A stretch of DNA of 48,884 nt from an uncultured bacterium. GTDB taxonomy: Bacteria; Hydrogenedentota; Hydrogenedentia; Hydrogenedentales; JAEUWI01. Below, piece after piece: positions 43,943 to 48,884 of this stretch. The stretch covers positions 1 through 48,884 of the forward strand of contig CAXBPH010000009.1 of the NCBI GenBank assembly GCA_963977445.1, in the 5' to 3' direction. The notes under the pieces were generated by a model that did not search any database, was not told where the DNA came from, and saw only the letters and a list, made by a program, of their open reading frames with translations. Position numbers and translations under genes: made by a program. The first letter of the stretch is position 1; the number at the start of each line of letters is the position of its first letter.

Positions 43943-45568
43943 ATGAGTAATCCCGAGGCCACACTACGGGAACGATCAGAATCTATCGTTGCCCAGGAAG
44001 CGCAGATTCGCGAAGGGGGGGGCGCCCGTGGACGACAACGTCAGCATAGTCTCGGGCGGCTTGTGGCACGGGAACGGATTGACCTGCTCCTCGATGCCCC
44101 AGAGACCTTTCTGGAAATCGGGCTCTGGGCCGCCTATGAAATGTATCCGGAGGCGGGCAACATCGCAGCGGCCGGCGTCGTGGCGGGCGTGGGGCTGATC
44201 CACAATCGCCCCTGCATGATTATCGCCAACGATGCCACCGTGAAAGCCGGCGCTTTTTTTCCGCAGACCTGTAAGAAGCTGCTCCGCGCCCAGCGTATTG
44301 CCTTTGAGAACGCCCTGCCCATCATCTATCTCGTGGATTCCTCCGGCGTCTTTTTGCCCATGCAGGATGAGATTTTTCCCGACGAAGACGATTTTGGCCG
44401 TATCTTCCGGAATAACGCCGTCATGTCTGCTTCCGGCCTTCCCCAATACGCTGCAATCATGGGGAATTGTATTGCGGGTGGAGCCTACTTGCCCGTTTTG
44501 TGTGACAAAATCCTGATGACCGAAGGCAGCGGCCTCTATCTCGCTGGGCCTGCGTTGGTGAAAGCGGCTATTGGGCAGACGGCGGACCCGGAGGAGTTGG
44601 GTGGTGCGACGATGCACGCGACCATCAGCGGTACCGTCGATTTTAAAGAGCCCAACGACGAGGCCTGCCTGGCACGTATCCGGAATCTCGTGGACCTCCT
44701 CCCCGAAGCGAGATGGGGCTGGCGTGACAATGGCGGGGGCCATCGTGCCGGCTCCGATCCCGAGGGACTCTATGACCTTGTTGATCCCCTCGGCCGAAAA
44801 GAATATGACGGCCGGGCACTCATCGCGACCATTGTCGATGCGGGCTCGGTGAATGAATACAAGGCCGACTATGGACAAACCCTTATCACCACCTATGCAA
44901 AGATCGGTGGTTTTCCCGTTGGCATTGTGGCCAATCAGCGTAAGCGTTGTGAGACGGCAACGGGCGAAGTTCAGATTGGTGGCGTAATCTATGCGGACAG
45001 CGCCGATAAGGCCGCACGCTTTGTGATGGACTGCAATCACACCGGCCTCCCGTTGATCTTTTTACAAGACGTGGTGGGCTTTATGGTGGGCCGTGATTCG
45101 GAACAGGCGGGCGTCATACGGAGTGGTGCGAAACTCGTGAATGCCCTCAGTAACGCCGTGGTGCCCAAAATTACGGTGGTGGTCGGCGGCAGCTTCGGTG
45201 CGGGGAACTATGCCCTCTGTGGGAAGGCCTACGACCCACGCTTTATTTTTGCCTGGCCCAATGCGCAATATGCGGTCATGGGAGCGGCGCAGGCCTCCGG
45301 TGTGATATTCAGCATCAACAAACGCGCGGCTGAAGCCAAGGCTGCCGCGTCGGGCGAAGCCCTCGATCACGACGCGCTGGAATGCCTCCGCGAAGACGTG
45401 CACGCGGAGTATACGCGGACAACCGACATCCGCTATGGTGCCGCCCGGGGCTGGGTCGACGGAATTATTGCACCCCACGAGACGCGAGAAATACTCACCA
45501 CCTGCCTCGGCCTCGTAGCCCGGGAAACGCCGAAGAGTACCTACAAGACGGGCGTAATCCAGACCTGA
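43943..45568 (+). CDS. Acyl-CoA carboxylase carboxyltransferase (beta) subunit, methylcrotonyl/geranyl-CoA carboxylase-like
   Basis: ARERIDLLLD, ANDATVKAG, VDSSG.FLPMQDEIFPD, GNCIAGGAY, LGGATMH, GFMVG and SFGAGNYALCG. Confidence 0.93.
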   Translation: MSNPEATLRERSESIVAQEAQIREGGGARGRQRQHSLGRLVARERIDLLLDAPETFLEIGLWAAYEMYPEAGNIAAAGVVAGVGLIHNRPCMIIANDATVKAGAFFPQTCKKLLRAQRIAFENALPIIYLVDSSGVFLPMQDEIFPDEDDFGRIFRNNAVMSASGLPQYAAIMGNCIAGGAYLPVLCDKILMTEGSGLYLAGPALVKAAIGQTADPEELGGATMHATISGTVDFKEPNDEACLARIRNLVDLLPEARWGWRDNGGGHRAGSDPEGLYDLVDPLGRKEYDGRALIATIVDAGSVNEYKADYGQTLITTYAKIGGFPVGIVANQRKRCETATGEVQIGGVIYADSADKAARFVMDCNHTGLPLIFLQDVVGFMVGRDSEQAGVIRSGAKLVNALSNAVVPKITVVVGGSFGAGNYALCGKAYDPRFIFAWPNAQYAVMGAAQASGVIFSINKRAAEAKAAASGEALDHDALECLREDVHAEYTRTTDIRYGAARGWVDGIIAPHETREILTTCLGLVARETPKSTYKTGVIQT

Positions 45569-45638
45569 AAACCGGGTGCGTTGTGTAGGAGTTGTCTGGT
45601 CGACGGAAGAAAGACCGACTACAGAAGGAACGTGATCC

Positions 45639-46988
45639 ATGTCTCGTATCATTACGATTGGTAACGCTCAGGGATTTTGGGGCGATAGTATCGATGCGCC
45701 GGCACGGCTGCTGCAGCAACAGCCCGATCTGGAGTATCTGACCTTGGATTACCTGGCAGAGGTGTCCCTCAGTATTCTGGCGTTGCAGCAGTCCAGAGAC
45801 CCGACCGCGGGATTCGCGCGGGATTTTCTGCGTGTCCTGGAGCAAATTATACCCTTGTGGCAAGCTGGCAACCAGACGCGAATCGTGTGCAATGCCGGGG
45901 GACTCAATCCGGTGGGTTGTGCCGAGGCCTGCGCAAAATTGTTGAAGGAAGCAGGCGTCTCAAAGCGGATCGGCGTGGTTACGGGTGACGACGTGCTTTC
46001 CGACATCCAGGGTGATCCGGACAATGCCAACTTCCGCAACTGGGAGACGGGGGAGCCCATTAAAACGGTGCTTGACTCTCTCGTTACGGCGAATGCGTAT
46101 ATTGGGGCATCACCGGTCGCCGAAGCGCTTGCCTTGGGCGCGGACATTGTTATCACGGGGCGGGTTGCCGACCCAAGTCTTGCGGTGGGCATCGCCCAGC
46201 ACGAGTTTGGGTGGTCCACGACCGACTACGATCGACTGGCCGCAGCAACCATCGGCGGGCATCTTCTGGAATGTGGGACCCAGGTTTGTGGCGGTATTTC
46301 CACGGGATGGCTCGATCTTCCAGACCCCGCCAACATGGGATTCCCCTATATAGAGCTTGGCGACGATGGCAGCCTGATTGTAACCAAACCCGTAGGGACC
46401 GGGGGCGCCGTGACGGAATGGACCGTTAAGGAACAGCTTCTCTATGAGATTGGCGATCCAAAAAATTATTTGAGCCCCGATTGTCGGGTGAATTTTACGA
46501 CACTGCACGTAGACGACCTGGGTAGCGACCGTGTTCGGGTAAGCGGTGCTACCGGAACTAAACCCACGGACACCTACAAGGTGAGTGCAACTCACCGAGA
46601 CGGATATTGGGCCCAGGGAACCTTGACCCTCTTTGGCCGCGACGCTATAGCCAAAGCTGAGCGCTGTGGGGAGATTGTGTTCGAGCGTTTGCGCCAGGCG
46701 GGCTATGAGTTTCCACGGAGTAATGTGGAATGCCTGGGGGCCAATGCCGTTGCGGCAGGCGTACTGGAGCCGACTAGTGCGCTCGAGACGGTGCTCCGTG
46801 TGAGCGTGGCCCACGAAGACAAGGCCGCCGTCGAACGTTTTGCCAAAGAGCTCGCGCCCCTGGTAACCAGTGGGCCCCAAGGCACGACAGGCTACGCGGG
46901 GGGACGTCCGAAGCCGACGCCGGTCTTTGGCTATTGGCCCTGCCTGATTGCGCGGGAACAGGTAATTCCGAAGGTGATGATCTTGTAG
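45639..46988 (+). CDS. Acyclic terpene utilization AtuA family protein, N-terminal part (DUF1446)
   Basis: IGNAQGFWGD, DYLAEV, NAGGLNP, TANAYIG, GADIVITGRVAD, GHLLECG.Q..GG and EQLLYEIGDP..YLSPD. Confidence 0.93.
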   Translation: MSRIITIGNAQGFWGDSIDAPARLLQQQPDLEYLTLDYLAEVSLSILALQQSRDPTAGFARDFLRVLEQIIPLWQAGNQTRIVCNAGGLNPVGCAEACAKLLKEAGVSKRIGVVTGDDVLSDIQGDPDNANFRNWETGEPIKTVLDSLVTANAYIGASPVAEALALGADIVITGRVADPSLAVGIAQHEFGWSTTDYDRLAAATIGGHLLECGTQVCGGISTGWLDLPDPANMGFPYIELGDDGSLIVTKPVGTGGAVTEWTVKEQLLYEIGDPKNYLSPDCRVNFTTLHVDDLGSDRVRVSGATGTKPTDTYKVSATHRDGYWAQGTLTLFGRDAIAKAERCGEIVFERLRQAGYEFPRSNVECLGANAVAAGVLEPTSALETVLRVSVAHEDKAAVERFAKELAPLVTSGPQGTTGYAGGRPKPTPVFGYWPCLIAREQVIPKVMIL

Positions 46989-47029
46989 CGAAGAAATCTC
47001 CGAGACGGAATAATCTGAAAGGTAGTTAG

Positions 47030-48058
47030 TGGACATGATTTACATGATTGACAGGATGAATTTTTGTTTAGATTTAATTGGTCGCTTTTGTGAAGCTGAT
47101 TTGCCGATCGGGTGAACGTAGAAGTCGCGTTGAGCGTATTTGTGTTCATCTTGTAAATCCTGTAAATCCTGTCCAATAAAAGTATTGGCTTTTTGTTCAT
47201 TTCGAGTTAATATGGCGTTCGAAACAAGATTAGCAGGGTAGATAAGGGATCTTTTGAACGTTGATTACGCGGAGAGAGGGGATTTTCAAAATGACTGAAC
47301 AAAAAATGAATGCGTTGACCGAAAAAGTAATTGGCTGTGCGTACGCAGTGCACAATGAGCTGGGTACAGGGTTTCTTGAAAAAGCCTACGAAAATTCGCT
47401 GTCGATAGAGCTGCAAGAGCAGGGCATCGCGAGCATACAGCAGGTGGCCATGCCTGTGTATTACAAGGGAGCCCTTGTCGGTGAGTACTTCGCCGATCTG
47501 TTGGTAGCAGACACGTTGGTTTTTGAGCTCAAAGCGGTGCAGGAGATCTCTAAAATTCACGAAGTTCAGTTGGTGAATTATCTGTGTGCGACAGGAAAAG
47601 ATGTGGGCTTGTTGATTAATTTTGGCGAGTCTGTTCAGGTACGACGAAAGTATCGCGTTTTCCGGAGATAGGTGCAAGACAGAGTTCCAACTTGTCAAAC
47701 GTGTAAATCATGTCCTGTCTCCGAGTGGTTGAGCGACTCAAGAGGGAGGGGAGACCTTGTAAAGGACTTCTTGCTTTTTGTGCCTTTGAGAACGTTCTTA
47801 GACAGGATTAACATGATTAACAGGATGTTTTTGAAGTTGGTAATATCAATCGCCTGCTGCAGTTCGCTTGAACCATGCGGAAGAGTTTTGTGCATTTGCA
47901 AGGGATATTTAGACTGTTCGCCCCATCCTGTAAATCCTGTCAATCATGTCCAATAGTTGAGTGAGTGGTTGGCTCTGGATGACGTGGTAGCCTTGTGAGC
48001 GCGGGCCGAAGTTAAAAATCTTTGGGGCTTGCCAATATGAGACAGGATTAACAGGATT
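47030..48058. repeat. Array of triple 9-mer repeats (consensus (G/T/A)ACA(G/T)GATT) in mixed orientation around the GxxExxY gene
   Basis: Forward copies at 47030-47060, 47801-47827 and 48041-48058. Reverse copies at 47145-47175, 47688-47715 and 47924-47952. Confidence 0.9.
47291..47671 (+). CDS. GxxExxY protein (PD-(D/E)XK nuclease-like)
   Basis: VHNELGTGFLEKAYE (GxxExxY), YFADLLV...FELKA, QLVNYL and GLLINFG. Confidence 0.93.
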   Translation: MTEQKMNALTEKVIGCAYAVHNELGTGFLEKAYENSLSIELQEQGIASIQQVAMPVYYKGALVGEYFADLLVADTLVFELKAVQEISKIHEVQLVNYLCATGKDVGLLINFGESVQVRRKYRVFRR

Positions 48059-48148
48059 GCTTTTGAGGTTGGCGAGTACAAATTGCCATTGGTAAATTGG
48101 TTGCGCTACGGTGAACTCTGGAAGTCCTGCTCAAGAGGAAAGGATAGT

Positions 48149-48484
48149 ATGAGTCCAATGCATCTTTACGACATTGCGAATGCCCGAAGTGGCGACAAGG
48201 GCCGGGGTGCCAATATTGGCGTTCTCGCCCACAGTGACGGAGACTATGCGTTTCTCGTGGAACACCTCAGCGCGGCACGGGTCCAGGAATATTTTCACGC
48301 CATGAATCCGGGCGAAGTGGTGCGCTACGAACTGCCCAATCTCAACGCACTCAATTTCGTGTTGCCCACAATTCTCGACGGCGGCGGAAGTCGAAGTCTC
48401 CGAATTGATGCCCAGGGGAAAGCGCTGGGCCAGATACTCCTCGAGATGGAACTGACGAACAACCGTTCACTACGGGCGAACTAG
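48149..48484 (+). CDS. AtuA C-terminal-like small protein (partner of DUF1446)
   Basis: LYDIANARSGDKG..ANIGV, VVRYELPNLNALNFV...LDGGG..SLRIDAQGKALGQ. AGGA RBS. Confidence 0.88.
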   Translation: MSPMHLYDIANARSGDKGRGANIGVLAHSDGDYAFLVEHLSAARVQEYFHAMNPGEVVRYELPNLNALNFVLPTILDGGGSRSLRIDAQGKALGQILLEMELTNNRSLRAN

Positions 48485-48603
48485 GTCAGGACGAATGAAC
48501 AAGGATCGCCCCTGTTTATAGGGGTTTTGTGGTATACTTCACGTTGTGCGAGGTAGTGTCAATTATGGCGTACAACGAGGAGTAAAGTCTATGCGTTCCC
48601 TAT

Positions 48604-48884
<281 letters not shown>

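Noticed and set aside
47030..48058. CRISPR or simple terminator interpretation of the 9-mer repeats
   Set aside because: The repeats occur in both orientations, are internally periodic, and enclose ~85-95-nt loops. This fits neither CRISPR repeats nor short GC-rich terminator stems.

Overview
This is a GC-rich bacterial chromosomal window. DUF1559 prepilin-like paralogs, GEGEGE linkers, a CFI-box-CTERM protein and EF-hand/Ig surface proteins suggest Candidatus Hydrogenedentota or a relative (inference only). Housekeeping genes (alaS, ruvX, mltG, rsmI, pcm, thpR, nnrE, cold-shock protein, fur-ferritin-ahpC, and an acyl-CoA dehydrogenase/carboxyltransferase/AtuA operon) are mixed with two very large surface proteins, one split by a frameshift. 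I saw no rRNA, tRNA or CRISPR array. Three signals stand out. (1) A GxxExxY (PD-(D/E)XK-like) gene sits in an array of alternating inverted triple-9-mer repeats, inserted between the N- and C-terminal parts of AtuA. It resembles a REP/RAYT-like element run by a different nuclease. (2) Two tandem DUF1559 prepilin paralogs each have a near-consensus sigma70 promoter and a different leader. One has a ~320-nt structured 5'UTR. The other has a His/CxxC/RGPP DUF2946(CruR)-like arrest-peptide uORF, which suggests metal-regulated uptake through pilin-like proteins. (3) A REP-associated tyrosine transposase has unusually long mosaic flanking repeats, with a related orphan inverted-repeat element 3.5 kb away. 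All calls come from reading the sequence; no searches were run.
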